Source: Azolla caroliniana (taxonomy: Eukaryota; Plantae; Polypodiophyta). Taken from it: 64,000 nucleotides of DNA. The DNA lies in contig JBHGNT010000002.1 of assembly GCA_043228905.1 (NCBI GenBank), forward strand, positions 15,996,001-16,060,000. Reading direction: 5' to 3'. Made by a program: the position numbers and the translations under genes. This document shows positions 1 to 13,505 of the stretch, in pieces. Each line of letters begins with the position of its first letter. The stretch's first letter is position 1. The notes beneath the pieces are model-generated. The model was given only the letters and a program-made list of their open reading frames with translations, did no database searches and was not told the origin of the DNA.

Positions 1-432
1 AATTTTCTATCCCTTGTTCATCTTGCTGATGTCGACTTGAGTTGACCCGGGAGGCGAAAACGGAAGGTTTGGGATGCTCTGTGCTCCTGTGTTCTTTTGC
101 TTCTTGAATGCAATAATGACAATGAGAAGAGGCCTTTCCTTTATATAAATTTTATTATAATTTAATATATATATAACTTCAATTTATTATAGAAGAAGAT
201 TTTCAACTATTTTCGATCTAGTTGAGCTTAGTTAGCCTTAGTCGAGATGTCCTCAACCTCGAGTAGAAATTCTCTTTTTTCCATTGAGCCTTTTAAACTA
301 TCTGATAACTAGTTATTCTCTATCGAGGAATATAACCATATAAATAATAAACGGTGCCATGTAGAGTCCAACGATGATGTTGGGCAAAGTTCGAATTCAC
401 TTTTTTCGATCGAGCCTTTTAACTTAGGTAGA

Positions 433-1155
433 TTGCGAAATAATAAAGTAGTTACAAATCATGAGGATTCTAGTTTATGTAATGTTGACGATGATTGTGT
501 CAATAAGCCCCTGAATTTTCAAAGAGTTCCTCGACAAGTGAGTGTTAAAAGATATAATTTTTTGTGTTTAGATCGCCAAATTGCATTTGAGATATGCAAG
601 CCATGTTGTGGGAATCTTTGTCTTTCAAAATTTGGAAAGGTAAACTTGAGGGGTTTGCGGCAGAAGTATTTGTCACTTAATGGCAACGAACAAGATACTT
701 TCTTGATTTCACATGTGCACCTTGTTAAGGAACACACGACAATTTCAAGTTATCTACATGTGGAATATTACGTTTCACTTAGTATGAAGAATTGTCAAGT
801 ACCTTTTAAGATTGCTTATAACATTGATAACATGAGGCTCTAGAGAATTCAACATCAATTAGATAAGGGCTCGTGGCTACATTTCAACAATATAGAATAT
901 GCATGTAAGGGTTTGATTGGGTGGCATGCCATGAGATGGATGGAGATATATTTCTCGAAGCAATGTGATGTTATGCCCACCACTGGAAGATTACATTTGT
1001 CAGATAACTTCATTCATCGTGAGGTGTACCAAGCGTATAAGGATCACATGTTATTAGAAAGTGTACCTTATATACAATATCAACATTTTAATCCATTATG
1101 GAGATTTAAGTTTAACAATGTGGTCATACCCCGTGAGGTTCAAGTGGGTGTTTTT
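433..1155 (+). pseudogene. Decayed DDE-type transposase (DUF7869/Sola-like), 5' part
   Basis: Broken ORFs 433-843 and 913-1161. Removing the copia insert and one TTTTT TSD restores the frame (..IPREVQVGVF|SVCASLKSM..). Confidence 0.55.
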
Positions 1156-1765
1156 TGTTGAGAAATCGTTTGGTCAAATCACAATAAATGAACTGTGCTG
1201 AAATACGAATCACAGATATGCCAGAAAGAAAAGGACAAACAATGGTGCACAGAGATTTAACGTAGAAACCCTAAAAAACGGGAGAAAACCACGAGAACAG
1301 AGCTTCACTATGTATAGTGGATATACAACACAGAATGTTACAACACTCCTTCAAGTGTATCAGCCACACAGGGCTCTTGACGTTTGCTGTTACGCACACA
1401 GCTATGGCGCCGCTCACACTCACACTCTCTGCCTTACACGCTCTCATGCTACTTCAATTCTACAATCTCATATTCACGTTTTTGCCCTAAGTGTATTTAT
1501 ACTTATACATTGTATGGGCTATTTACAAATGTAGCCTCTGCTATGTCTCATTATTATTATTGTTGTAATAATAATAGTCGAACTATCAAACAGTCGACTC
1601 ACTGTTTTCGACTCTTCGACTGTCGGCTTTCTGAATGGTCAGATCTTCCCTATCTTCGACTATCAACACTCCTTGGTCCGATCAGTCGGCTCCTCATAGT
1701 TATCGACTATCAGCAACTTCTGGACAGTCGGTTCCTCCTCCCACTGGAGGGACATATTCCCAACA
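1156..1765 (-). repeat. 3' LTR of copia A
   Basis: TGTTGAG...CCAACA; direct repeat of 6375-6956. Confidence 0.93.
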
Positions 1766-1780
1766 AACTCCTCCTTCACT

Positions 1781-2295
1781 TGTTATATGTTTTTTTTAGG
1801 GTTAGGGTTAGGGACGATGATAATCATGATAAAGATAGACATGGTGGTTATGATGATGATGGAGAGTATGGGATTGATGGCGAGAGAGATCATGTGCATT
1901 GAGAAGCATTGCGGGGTGGGGGGTGGTGCCTAGAATGGCTCCACCCCCCTCCCACGGGGATTCAACGTTGAGGGGGAGAGAGAGAGAAAGAGAGATGACA
2001 AGAGAGAGAGAGATTGAGAGAAAAAAAAATGATCATTCATGTTTCATTCATTCCCCATAAGGGGTTAAATAGTACAAGAGGGGGTAGATACATAGGGGTG
2101 TAAGCCCCATTGAGCATTCATATTGGACACTCACTCACACCTCCTCGTATCCATCCACATGCGCACACGTGTGCATGTGTTCACATACGTATAGAATCCC
2201 AACTACATCTATACCCCCTACACATACACAACATCATGATAACATTCGACCCTCGCTCATCACACTTGACTCTCCGTACCTCGTACGGGGTAACA
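1781..2295 (-). mobile_element. Solo LTR inserted between the pol stop and the PPT of copia A
   Basis: TGTTA...TAACA ends; TSD TCACT at 1776-1780 and 2296-2300; its reverse complement resembles 10641-11006. Confidence 0.85.
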
Positions 2296-5200
2296 TCACT
2301 CATGTGGGAGGAAGTCAGTTAGTCCTGTCTTTTGTCGACAGACTCTGAGTCTATCCATAGGTAGGTTCTTCATTAGCATGTCAAATCCATTGTCGTTAGT
2401 ATGGATCTTCACCAAGGAAAACTCTCCTTCTTTGACTCTCTCCCGCAACCAGTGATACCTTCTCTGTATATGCTTGGTCCGGGAGTGGTATGCAACATTC
2501 TTGGCAAGATGTATGGCACTTTGGCTATCACAGTGAAGCAAGAGCTCCTTTTGCTCCATCCCTAATTCGGTGAGAAAACTTCTCATCTAGATCATCTCTT
2601 TGCCGGCCTCTACCGCTGCCATATACTCTCCTTCTATAGTCGAAAAGCTACAGACTTCTACAGTCGTGATTGCCATAACACTGCCCCCTTGCATAGGTCG
2701 TCACGTACCCTGACGTGGATCGGCTCGAGTCGACATCTCCCGACATGTCGGAGTCGGTAAAACCTTCCAGCATAGGTTTTCCGACACCATACCTTAGGCA
2801 TACCCTCGAGGTGCCCTTTAAGTACCTGAGTATCCACTTCACTACTGCCCAATGTTCTCTCCCTAGATTACTCATGTATCGGCTTATTGTTCCTACAACA
2901 AATGCTATGTCTCATCTCGTACAGACCATAGCTTACATTAGACTGCCAACGACCGAGGCATATGATACCTTCCTCATCTCGGCCTTTTCCTTCTTCCCTT
3001 TCGGGCACTGCTTCGCATTCAATCTGCAATTTGTCGGCAACACTGAGTCGATTGGCTTTGCATCTGACATGTTAAATCTCTCTAAGATCTTCGTCACATA
3101 CTTCTAGTGTGACAACCATAGCACCTTTTGAGTTTAGTCTTGAACTATGTGCATTCCTAAGATCTGTTTAGTCGGTCCAAGGTCTTTCATGGCAAATGAT
3201 TTGCCGAGAGCTTTCTTCAAGCTTCCAATCTTCCTTGTATCTTGACCGACTATCAACATGTCATCGACATATAGCAAGAGAATCAAGAAGTCTCCTTCTT
3301 CGTACCTTTTGACGAACACACAGTGATCGGCCTGTGTTTTCTGGAATCGGTGTTCCATCATGAAGGACTCAAACATCTTGTACCATTGGCGTGGAGCTTG
3401 TTTCAGACCGTACAAGCTTTTCTTCAATCGACACACCAGATTCTCTTTCCCTTTCTCCTCAAAACCTTCGGGTTGAAGCATATAGATTTCTTCTTCTAGT
3501 TCCTTGTGCAGAAATGTGGGTTTGACATCCAATTGTTCGATCTCCAGATCCATACTGGCTGCTATGCTCAGAACAGTTCGAATGGATGTCATCTTCACGA
3601 CTGGTGCGAATATTTCGTCAAAGTCAATGCCCTTTTTCTGTTGAAAACCGTTCACGACTATGCGGGCTTTATACCTGGGCTCACTGTCGGCTTCTCCAGT
3701 CTTCACTTTGTAGACCCATTTATTCTTGAGTGCTCTCTTGCCTTTCAACAGCTCTACCAGGTCGTAGGTGTAATTCTCGTGCAAGGATTCCAACTCATCA
3801 TGCATCGCGCTTACCTATTTTGCTCTGTGCTCGTCGGCAATGGTTTCTTCATAGCACTCCAGTTCACCTTCATCAGTCAAGAGGATGTATTGGCTGGCAT
3901 ATGTAGTCAGTGCTTTCCTCTCCTTGAGTGGGTATTTTCTTCCACTCGTTGTTGGCTCTCTTTCGGATGTCTCTACCAACTCAATTGGCAATCGGCCTCT
4001 CCAGGTTGGGTAATTCCAACTCATATTCATCAATTGACCTTTGCAGGTCTGCCGACTCTGACTCATAGTCAGTCGGTCTCTCCGAGTCGACCAACTCGGA
4101 TTTGGCTCTGTCGGCCATCTGTCTCCTTACAGCTTTCGGTAACAACTCATTTGGCCTTAAGTCGATGGTAGTCGGGGTTGACTGGGGAGTCGATTCCGAC
4201 TTCTGTTGCTTCCAATATTCAATCGTCTTGTCTTCTAGAAAGACTACATCTCGACTTCTCACTACCTTCTTGTCGACTAGGTCCCATAGCCTGTAGCCGA
4301 ATTCATCTTTCGAGTATCCCATGAATATGCATGCTTTCGACTTGATGTCAAGCTTTGACCTCAAATCTTTCGGTACATGCATGTGCGCCAGACATCCGAA
4401 CAACCTCAGATGCTGGTAGGAGACATCCTTCCCTGTCCACACCCTCTGTGGGACATCACCCTTCAATGGTACTGAGGGAGACCTGTTGATTAGATAAACA
4501 GTTGTGTACATCACCTCAACCCAATAGGATTTCGGTAGTTTCGTATGAGAGAGCATGCTCCTTACTCTCTCCATGATCGTTTGATTCATCCTCTCTGCAA
4601 GCCCGTTCAACTCTAGGGTCTGTCATTGTGTATTCGATCTGAATACCTTGGCTCTTGCATTATTCCTCGAACTACCCTTTGTACTCGCCACTGTTGTCGG
4701 TTCAGACAACCTTCAACTTCCGACCCGACTCTCTTTTGGCTCTTGCCTGGAATTCCTTGAAAACCGACAGTACTTGATCCTTCGTCTTCAGTACGAAGAC
4801 CCATGTCTTCCGACTATGGTCGTCAATGAATGTCACAAAGTACTGTCCACCTCGATGCGATGGAGCATGAACATAGCACACGTCTGTGTGTACTAGTTCC
4901 AGTGCAACCTATCTTCTTCTCGGTGGTCTTGTGTGGAATGCAGCTCTGTTCTGCTTTCTAGCTAAGCAGTCGACACACTTCTCCAGATGCACGCCCTTGA
5001 CTTCTGGTAGAAGTTTCTGGTCAGCTAACAGGTGCATTCCCTTCTCACTCATGTGGCCTAGCCTCTTATGCCATATCTCACCTGCCACATTTAATTCTAA
5101 TTTGCATAGTCGGGCATGCATAATGTACAATGTGCCTTCTTTCTGTGCTCGGGCCACTATAAGATTTCCTCGACAGAACTTCCACTTGCCATTTCGAAAG

Positions 5201-6346
5201 CTACCACTATAGCCTTCGTCATATAGCCTTCTAGTCGATATCAGATTCAATCTGATATGGGGGATGTGTCGAACATCCTTCAGCGTCAGTCGACACCCTG
5301 TCGACGTCGTTAAGTAAACACTTCCGACTCCGGTTACCCTGCACTCTCCATTGTCACCCATCTTTACATAGCCATGATCCTCGGTTATGTAAGTCGAGAA
5401 ATATTCTCTCGACGGAGTTATGTAGAACGATGCCCCAGAATCAATCAACCACGTGCAATCTTCACTTGCAAGATTTGGACTCGTTTGTTCACAAATGAAC
5501 AGGAGTTCTTCATTGCTCGTAGCAATGGCCGAAGTGTTCTTCTCATCAGGAATCTTCCTAGGTTCGACATTATTTCCGACACTCTTATCTTTCTTTAAGT
5601 GTTGACAGTCCTTCTGGAAGTGTCCATGCTTTCCACAATAAAAGCACACGGACTTACCGCTGGACTTCGATCTAGCATGGGATTTGTCTGTTCATTGCGG
5701 ACTTCTTCTTCGCTGGTCTCTTCCTCTGTCCATATGTTGAGTCAGATTCGACTCCGATTGGGACATGACTCCTTTGTCTTTCCTCTTTGCCTCCTCATTT
5801 AGGATGCTTGTCTTCACCGTCTGTAAGGACAAGTTCTCTTCTTGACAGGAGGTGCTGAGAGTAACCACTAGGTTCTCCCAGCTGTCTGGCAGTGAACATT
5901 AGCAGGATGGCCTGCATTGCATCATCCAAGGGAAACTTGGTCACCGCAAGTTGATTTACATACCCCATGAATGTGCTAATGTGTTCAACAATGCTCTCAC
6001 CGTCTCTGTATTTTAGCTGTACGATTTTTCTCATTAGCGAGGTTTTATTGAGCTCGTTCTTCCTCTCATACAAACCCGACAACTTCTGCCACATTTCGTG
6101 GGCATTTGTGTCGTTCGCCACATGCTGAAGGACACTTACGTCGACGCACTGTCGGATGGTGGCCACTGCCTTTCTATTTAGAAGTTTCCAATCCGACTCC
6201 AATACCCCCGTGGGTATGTCTGCTCTGTCGACTGGCTCGTATAGGTCTTTCACAATGAGGAGGTCTTCCATCTTTATCTTCTAGTTTGCATAGTTTTGTG
6301 AATTTAGAACTATCATACCTGGGAAACTGCTCACACCTCCTTCCAT
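2296..6346 (-). pseudogene. copia gag-pol of element A (gag, zinc knuckle, PR, IN, RT, RNase H); stops and frameshifts
   Basis: CFYCGKHGHFQKDC, WLIDSGAS, NGLAERMN, LYGLKQAPRQW, LYVDDM, CDSQSAI..TKHI in copia domain order. Confidence 0.93.
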
Positions 6347-6374
6347 GCTTTCACCTCGGGCTCTGATACCAGTT

Positions 6375-6956
6375 TATTGAGAAATCGTTCGGTCAAATCA
6401 CAATAAACGAACTGTGCTGAAATACGAATCACAGATATGCCAGAAAAGAAAAGGACAAACAATTGTGCACAGTGATTTAACATGGAAACCCTAAAACATG
6501 GGAGAAAACCACGAGAATAGAGCTTCACTATGTATAGTGGATATACAACACAGAATGTTACAACACTCCTTCGAGTGTATAAGCCACGCAAGGCTCTTGA
6601 CGTCTGCTGTTACGCACACAATTATGGCGCCGCTCACACTCACACTCTCTCGCACGACTTCTGTTCTACAATCTCATATTCATGTTTTTGCCCTAAGTGT
6701 ATTTATGGGCTATTTACAAATGTAGCCTCTGCTATGTGTTATTATTATTATTGCTATAATAATAATAGTCGAACTATCAAACAATCGACTCACTGTTTTC
6801 GACTCTTCGATTGTTGGCTTTCCGAACAGTCGGATCTTCCCTGTCTTCGACTGTCGGCACTCCTTGGTCCGATCAGTCGGCTCCTCGTAGTCATCGACTG
6901 TCAGCAACTTCTAGACAGTCGGTTCCTCCTCCCACTGGAGGGACATATTCCCAACA
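6375..6956 (-). repeat. 5' LTR of copia A
   Basis: Repeat of 1156-1765, followed on minus by the Met-i PBS. Confidence 0.93.
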
Positions 6957-8733
6957 TTTTTTCTGTATGTGCAAGTTTAAAAAGCATGGCAAAGAGTGGG
7001 ACAATAGATGGAGAAATAAACAATTATAAGAATTTATTAAAAGAACATCGAGAAAGACAAGCATTGGAAAGATCTAAAGCTATGCACCATCGTCAAAAAG
7101 CACTTCAATCACCGGAAAGGTATATGTGCTTGATTATAGATGGGATGGATTAGAAGAAAACTTGTTTGCCACACTTTTGAAGGTTGCCCAAGGATATTGG
7201 AGATGAATGCCTAGTGCAGATGCACTTAATAGGTTGTCTTCTATATTGTGAGACAATAAGGCCTCAAGTGTTCCTAACTTTTCCAAATATCCACACCGAC
7301 CCTAATATTACAGTAATAGTGATGCAAAGAGTTTTGTAGACTTGGCAAGCTTTACTCCCGCCGGTACTATACATGCAACTAGACAACATGGCGAGAGAAA
7401 ACAAGAACTCGACTTTGTTTGGTTATTTAAGCATGTTAATAGACACGAGTATTTAAAAAAGATTAAGGTCAACTTCTTACTAGTTGGTCACACACATGTT
7501 GACATGCTTTCACACTTCCTATGTTAAAGTTTATCACAGAAGCTTATACCCCAAAGATGTACAACATTTATATGAAGTATATGATTTTAAACGATTTTGT
7601 GTGAATGGCGATGGGACTCGATGTAGGGTTCTTGCTAAGCTTAATAATATAAGTTTTAACCATGTCTTACTCATCCACAAAAGTGCGCTCGGTCACAACT
7701 AAACGATGTTGTATGCCAAACAATACTCATCTAGTTCGCAATGGGAGCCACAAGACGGATGCAGCTTCTTATTGCATTTCCCAAATGTAGTAATCTATCG
7801 TGCAAAACAAATGCCCTATGACGACCACAAAAGATTGGCTACTAGTAGTTCAATTGAAGAGTAACAGATATATTGGACGCGGTGCCTTGAAGAAAAACAC
7901 AAAAATATTGAGAACCAGAAAGTATGCTGGTGATCAAGATGTGGAATGGTGGGATAACTTCTTTAATCATCAACGTACGATATTAGATAACTACTTTGCG
8001 GGAGTATGGCCACTGCAAAATCAATTCGAATGGAATATTGGTGGCCCATCAATGGAGAGCACGACTCATTTACAACCACTAGATAATCTTGAATCGAATA
8101 ATCTAGTTCGTCCACGACAAAGAGATATTTACGTGAGACCAAGATTATTGCATGCTGTTGAGGCGTGATGGCAACGCAATCTACATGAGCTACATGTTGG
8201 TATGCTGGTTGCAACATTAGCTGGGGGTGATAAGCTGGGGCATCCCTTTTGGATTGCTAAAATCATTGAATTTATTAAGGATGATGAAGGTAATCAAGTT
8301 CAATCCATTGTGGTTCATTGGTATCATACCTCTTCCAAAGATGCATTTACTGGGAAGTATTCTTTAGAGATGATTAAGGATGTTGGAGGCACAAGGAAAG
8401 TGGAGAAGAAAGAATCTACCCACCACGTCTACTCTAACACTTGATAATGTCGACATAGTTGTGTATGACTTCTCATTTACCAAAACAAGCCATCTAAGAT
8501 AGACTGCAATCAACACAATAAAAGAGAAGGTCCCAAATGTGCCTGTTGATGCATTACAGATACGAACAAGGATTATGTCTCATAATCATGGTGACGTTGG
8601 ATTGCAATTGGATGAAGACAATGCATTGGTTGCTAGTGATGATGAGGATGAGACCTCACAAAGGTCTTCTAGTTCATCGGGTGGGTCTGAAGGAGAAGGC
8701 GAATCTCTGGGAAGTGATAGATCTCATATATGA
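6957..8733 (+). pseudogene. Decayed DDE-type transposase (DUF7869/Sola-like), 3' part
   Basis: Motifs LIIDGMD, YMQLDNMARENKN and FLLVGHTH across broken frames, then PFWIAKI..VVHWY and an acidic tail. Family assignment is from motif recall only. Confidence 0.6.
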
Positions 8734-8999
8734 AATGTAAATATTGTATGTAACTTACATCAATATGGTGATTCACAAATATGTATAAATATACATGCTA
8801 GTCATTTTATAATTTTTGTACGTTCTCTTGTAAATTTCACGTGTCGATTATTAGGGGCATATTTTGAAAGCCCTAAATTTTTGGACATGGTATAAATCAA
8901 TATATTTTGATTCAATTTCCAAAACCCTCTATGCATGCGATGGTCCTTTTTGTGAATGACCTACTTTGTGTCTTTTTTGGACGGGCGGTTCTTAAATTC

Positions 9000-9707
9000 C
9001 GACATATTACCTGTTTCAAATGACCCGGTGTTTAAGTCTGAAAATACAAGAGGAAGCATCTTTGGAGTACATTGCTAATATCGAAATGGAGGAGGAAATG
9101 ACTACGAAGTACGACCAACTTGCCGAGAAATATGAACAGGTGCGTACCACATTAATAGTGGTAGAGGCAAAGCTATAGTTTGACAAGGACTCTGAGGCAA
9201 GTCGAATGGTCAACTTAAAACAAGAAATGTCTACCCTGAAATACAAACTCAGCATGGGGAGCAAAAGGTGCAACTCATATTGTCAAGGCACAAGCAAAAA
9301 ATGCGTCAAATGATTATCGACTCGTTAGATAATGGCTGGAAAACGTGGTCGACTCAAGCCGCCGAACTGCAATTGTTGAGGGCCGAACACGAGAAAAGGA
9401 AAAAGCAAGTCTAGGGTTTCTTTAAAATGGATGAAGTGAGAATAACCACTGTAAGAGAAGAACTGGAAAATGATATATATGAACTAGCCATGCACCACAA
9501 AGAAGAAATCAATAAGTTGTTGCAAGAATTCGACGACCAACAAATAGCAGTCGCCGTAGAGCTAGATGCATACGAGAAGCAATGTCGTCAGCAAGAAGGG
9601 GAATTGGAAGAAAATGACGACACCGAACCATCTGAAGATGAGTCTGGTCAAACGGTACCATTGAGTGGCTCGCACCAAGAAGAAGAAGCGGAGCAAGAAG
9701 ATGCGGA
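9000..9707 (+). pseudogene. Remnant of a coiled-coil accessory ORF homologous to that of gypsy B
   Basis: WKTWSTQAAELQLLRAE..VREELEND matches WTKWAQNAAELQLLRAD..IRDELADD in ORF 24532-24984. Confidence 0.65.
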
Positions 9708-9800
9708 CGGTTGCAAGTGGGTGTACAAGGTAAAGTATAATGTTGACGGTTCGGTCAACCACTACAAGGCCTAGTTAGTAGCCAAAGGATATGCGCAGAC

Positions 9801-10603
9801 CAAGGTTGTTAGGTATGGTACGGATACCATACGTATATAACGTATAAATACGCGTATAGTACCTCCCAATTTGAAAATACGTAAAATATGTTTTTTAATA
9901 TGTTAAATACTTATAAAATATGTACTATACGTAAAATACTTCTAGAATTTGAAAATGATCTACCTTTCTAAAAAATATTCGTAATATTGTAAAAAGCATC
10001 TATGTTTACACAATTTTGTGATGTACATTATAGTTCTACATCCTCAAATGCATATAAGACAATTGAAACTTTCACATCCTAAAATACTTTATAATATGGA
10101 TGTCGACATTCACTTGTTCTATAAATCAGAGTGAGTATCATGATGTTCTACTTCAAATTGTAATTATTTACGATTATTCTTGCATAAATTGAGGAATCAT
10201 CTACAATGATCACACTCATTATAGGTTTCTCTCTTCTTTTCTCTCTTATTCATCATCATCATCATCATCATCTATCTTCCGTGATTATCACACTAAGAGT
10301 CAGGACAGGTTTCTGTCTTCTTTTCTCTCTTTGTCTCCTTCTTCTTCTTCGTCATCTCTTTTGTTCTTCTTTCTTCCTTCTTTTTCACTAAAACCTTTTT
10401 TTTCTTTTGCTTTTTGTTGGGGTTTTACTAACATTTTTTTATAAATACGTATTATACCCATTTTTTCAAATGTACGTTCAATACCATATTGAACAAATGT
10501 ACATGATATTTGACTGAACAACATTGAGGTATAGTACGTACTATACAAATTAGGAGGTTCTATACGTATTTAAACGTTAAATACGGGTACGTAAACAACC
10601 ATG
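9801..10603. mobile_element. Non-autonomous hAT-like DNA transposon (MITE)
   Basis: TIRs CAAGGTTGTT / AACAACCATG; 8-bp TSD GCGCAGAC (9793-9800) and GCACAGAC (10604-10611); AT-rich interior with many TACGTA motifs; interrupts RT at KGYAQT. Confidence 0.8.
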
Positions 10604-10640
10604 GCACAGACCCACCGAATCGATTATGATGAGACCTTCG

Positions 10641-11006
10641 TGTTACCCGTATAGGTGTATGGGAGGGTTAAGGTGTAATGTGTATGGTGTGTAATGTGTA
10701 AGGTGTGTAATGTGTAGTATGAATGAGTGTGTGAGGAGGAGTATGTGTGAACACATGCACATCTGTGTGCATGTGTACAAAGGTAGGAAAGTGGGTAAGT
10801 AATGTAACTCCCTACTTGTCTCATTCTTTATTTGTAACAGTTACCTCTTGTACTATATAAACCCCACCCATGGGGCATAACGTAATAGCTTTTTCCCCTC
10901 AAATTTTGGTGTCGTTCCTTATCTGTTTTTCACTCTCTCCCTCACACGTAATTCCCCTTGGGAGGGGGGTGAAGCCATTCTAGGCTCCACCCCCCACCCA
11001 TTAACA
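10641..11006 (+). mobile_element. Solo LTR in copia RT
   Basis: TGTTAC...TTAACA; TSD CTTCG on both sides; same family as 1781-2295. Confidence 0.88.
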
Positions 11007-12304
11007 CTTCGCTCCGATAGCGAAGATGAGGACGGTTCATGTGGTGCTAGCAGTTGCTGCGGCAAGGGGGTGACATCTTCACTAGATGGACGTGAAGAAT
11101 GCGTTTCTTGAAGGAATCTTGAAGAACAAGTCTATATTATCCAGCCCCCCAGATTTCAGTCGGCGATGAACACGTCAGTAGTGTGCCGACTCAAGAAGTC
11201 ACTTTACGGCTTCAGGCAAGCACCCTATGCTTGGAATTCTAAGATCAAACATTGGTTGCGTAAGATGGGGTTTGTGGCCTCGAAGTCGGACTCTTCACTA
11301 TTCATCTAGAAAGGTCTGGGACGTCCGGTATGTATCTTGCTATATGTGGACGATCTAACCTCCAACGAGAAATGGTTCCCACAAATTTTCAGAAGCCTCA
11401 TCTATCTTACTCTTACCCGATCCAACATCAGTTATCCGGTCGGGATGATAATTTAGTTTATGCAGAGGCTGACCATGGTGCACCTTCAATGGGCGCACAG
11501 AATACTTAGGTATGTTAGCGGCACTAAGGATTGGGGACTATTATATTGACATGGTATAACTGAAAAGATTGTTTGTCATACCGATGTCGATTGGATCGGT
11601 GATGCGTCAGATCGTCGGTCCACTTCCGGTTAATATGTTTTCTCTGGGTAGTGCGGCTGTTGCGTGGAGTAGCAAAAAGTAGCCAACAGTGGCTCTCTCG
11701 AGCATTGAGGCTGAGTATCGGGGCGCTATTGTCGCTACTTGTGAATCCACCTGGCTTCGGCGGTTGTCGCAAGACCTTCGGATCGAAGTACTGACTCTGA
11801 TCCTGATCTACTGCGACAACATGAGTAGCATGCAACTGCCCAAGAACCCCGTGTTCCATGCTCGGACGAAGCACATAGAAGTGCATTATCACTTTGTGCG
11901 CGAACGGGTCCTCAGCAGTGAAGTTAAACTTCGGTATGTTCGGACAGATCTGCAGGTTGCCGACCCCTTCACCAAGGCACTCAGAACAAACAAGGTACAA
12001 CATTTTTCAGAGATGCTTGGGATACAATATTTCGACATGCCACACTTAAGGAGGAGAACCGGCACGAATACCGGGAAAATAGTTAGAGAGAAGGATACCG
12101 AAATAGGGGGAGACAAGAAGAAAAAGGAACTCGAGTCGACGGAAGAAGTTAGCGCATCCGAACAAGTCGGAACAAGCAACGACGACGACAGAGTCAAGAA
12201 GGTAGAGCTGACCGGAAGAAGAAGGTCAAGACCCAGACATGGTCTAATGTGGTAAAGGGCCTGAAAATTGAGGATGAGTTGGAGACAACCAACTCGGTCA
12301 AGAG

Positions 12305-12776
12305 TGTTAGGAAACAGATCCCTCCAGATGGGAAGTGAGAGAAACCGGAAATCGTGGAGATAGCCAACATGGAATGCTAAACTTGTAAATAGTCAAAAGG
12401 GTACATTAGTATATAAGTACTTAGGGCAATCATGTTAGTTATGTGTGTTATTTGTAAAGTTACTGTTGACGAGGGTGTTGTCTCTATAACTGTGAGAGTG
12501 AACGAGTGTGAGTGGAAGCGTGTGAGCTCCATAGCCGCCTATTGGCGAAGCAGGATCTCGAGGTCGTTGCCTTTGAGATCTCTGATTGTATTCCTTTCTC
12601 TCATAATGTTCTGTTTCGGAGTTTGTGGACTCCACGTGGTTTTTTTCCTAGTTCAGGTTTCCACGTTAAAATCTGTGTCATTCTCAGTTTCTGTATTCTG
12701 TTTTTCCTTCTCCATTAGATTTACTATTATTCCGCACACGTACAACCGGTTGTGGCCGGCAACGATTTTCACTTCA
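12305..12776. mobile_element. Solo LTR
   Basis: TGTTAG...CTTCA; TSD AAGAG at 12300-12304 and 12777-12781. Confidence 0.75.
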
Positions 12777-13108
12777 AAGAGCGGGAAGGAATCGGAGGCA
12801 GCCGATTCGGTTCAATAGTTTGATTTGGAGGAGACGGATTAGTTGAAGACCAAATGGACAAGAAGGCAGCAGAAGTCGACACCGAACTAAGACAGAGGAA
12901 CCATCGGGTCGGGAAGCGCTGAAGTCACAACAACGAAGGAGCTGAGATGGGCCTTATGTGCAGACAAGCTGACCGGGAAGGTCGAGGAGCACGGAACCAG
13001 ACAGGTGGAGGAGCGCAAGCAAGGCGGGAAGATGCCAGAAGGAGCCGAAGGAAAGGATCGGCACACATTGACACCATGATCCGACCTCAGGTTGAGCTTG
13101 AGGGGGAG

Positions 13109-13505
13109 TGTTGTGCAGACAAGCTCAACCGGATCCGGATCGGTGTCTGGAATGGAGAATCGGATAAATATCCGGAACCAAGAGCCGGATCAGATCATAA
13201 CCGGTAGGACGTTAGAGGCCTACGATCCTAGCCTAGTATGTAGGCATATTTTTAGGAGTCAATGTCAGTCGCTTGTATGAGCATTGAAGTACATGTCAGT
13301 CCTTTTAAGGACTTGTATAAAAGTGCTCACTGAGCATAGTGTATGTACAGAGTATTATTTTTGAAATTGAGTTTATGTTGTTCTGCTCTCTCTGTCTCTC
13401 TCTGTACACTGTATGTTCCAAGCTCTCCATTAAACTTGTGTTTGTTTTCTGTTGCTATCCAGCGAAGCTGGTTCGGTGTACAAGCTTCTGCACACTATTT
13501 TCACA
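13109..13505 (+). repeat. copia 3' LTR
   Basis: Follows the PPT; similar to the reverse complement of LTR 62922-63365. Confidence 0.8.

Larger units (their letters stand above)
1156..6956 (-). mobile_element. Full-length decayed Ty1/copia element (element A)
   Basis: LTRs 1156-1765 and 6375-6956. TSD TTTTT at 1151-1155 and 6957-6961. Met-i PBS TGGTATCAGAG on minus at 6371-6361. PPT-like GAAGGAGGAG next to the left LTR. Confidence 0.95.
9708..13505 (+). mobile_element. 3' half of a Ty1/copia element (RT, RNase H, long 3' region, 3' LTR) carrying three nested inserts
   Basis: GCKWVYKVK, YDETF|APIAK, LYVDD, SSIEAEY, ARTKHIEVHYHF. PPT GAGGGGGAG then LTR from 13109 (right end approximate). Confidence 0.85.

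Noticed and set aside
1796-1813. (TTAGGG)3 as a telomere or healing site
   Set aside because: Only three units, internal to a TSD-flanked solo LTR
1310-1902. Plus-strand ORFs in copia A LTRs (also 6498-7029)
   Set aside because: Incidental ORFs duplicated with the LTR; no recognisable domain
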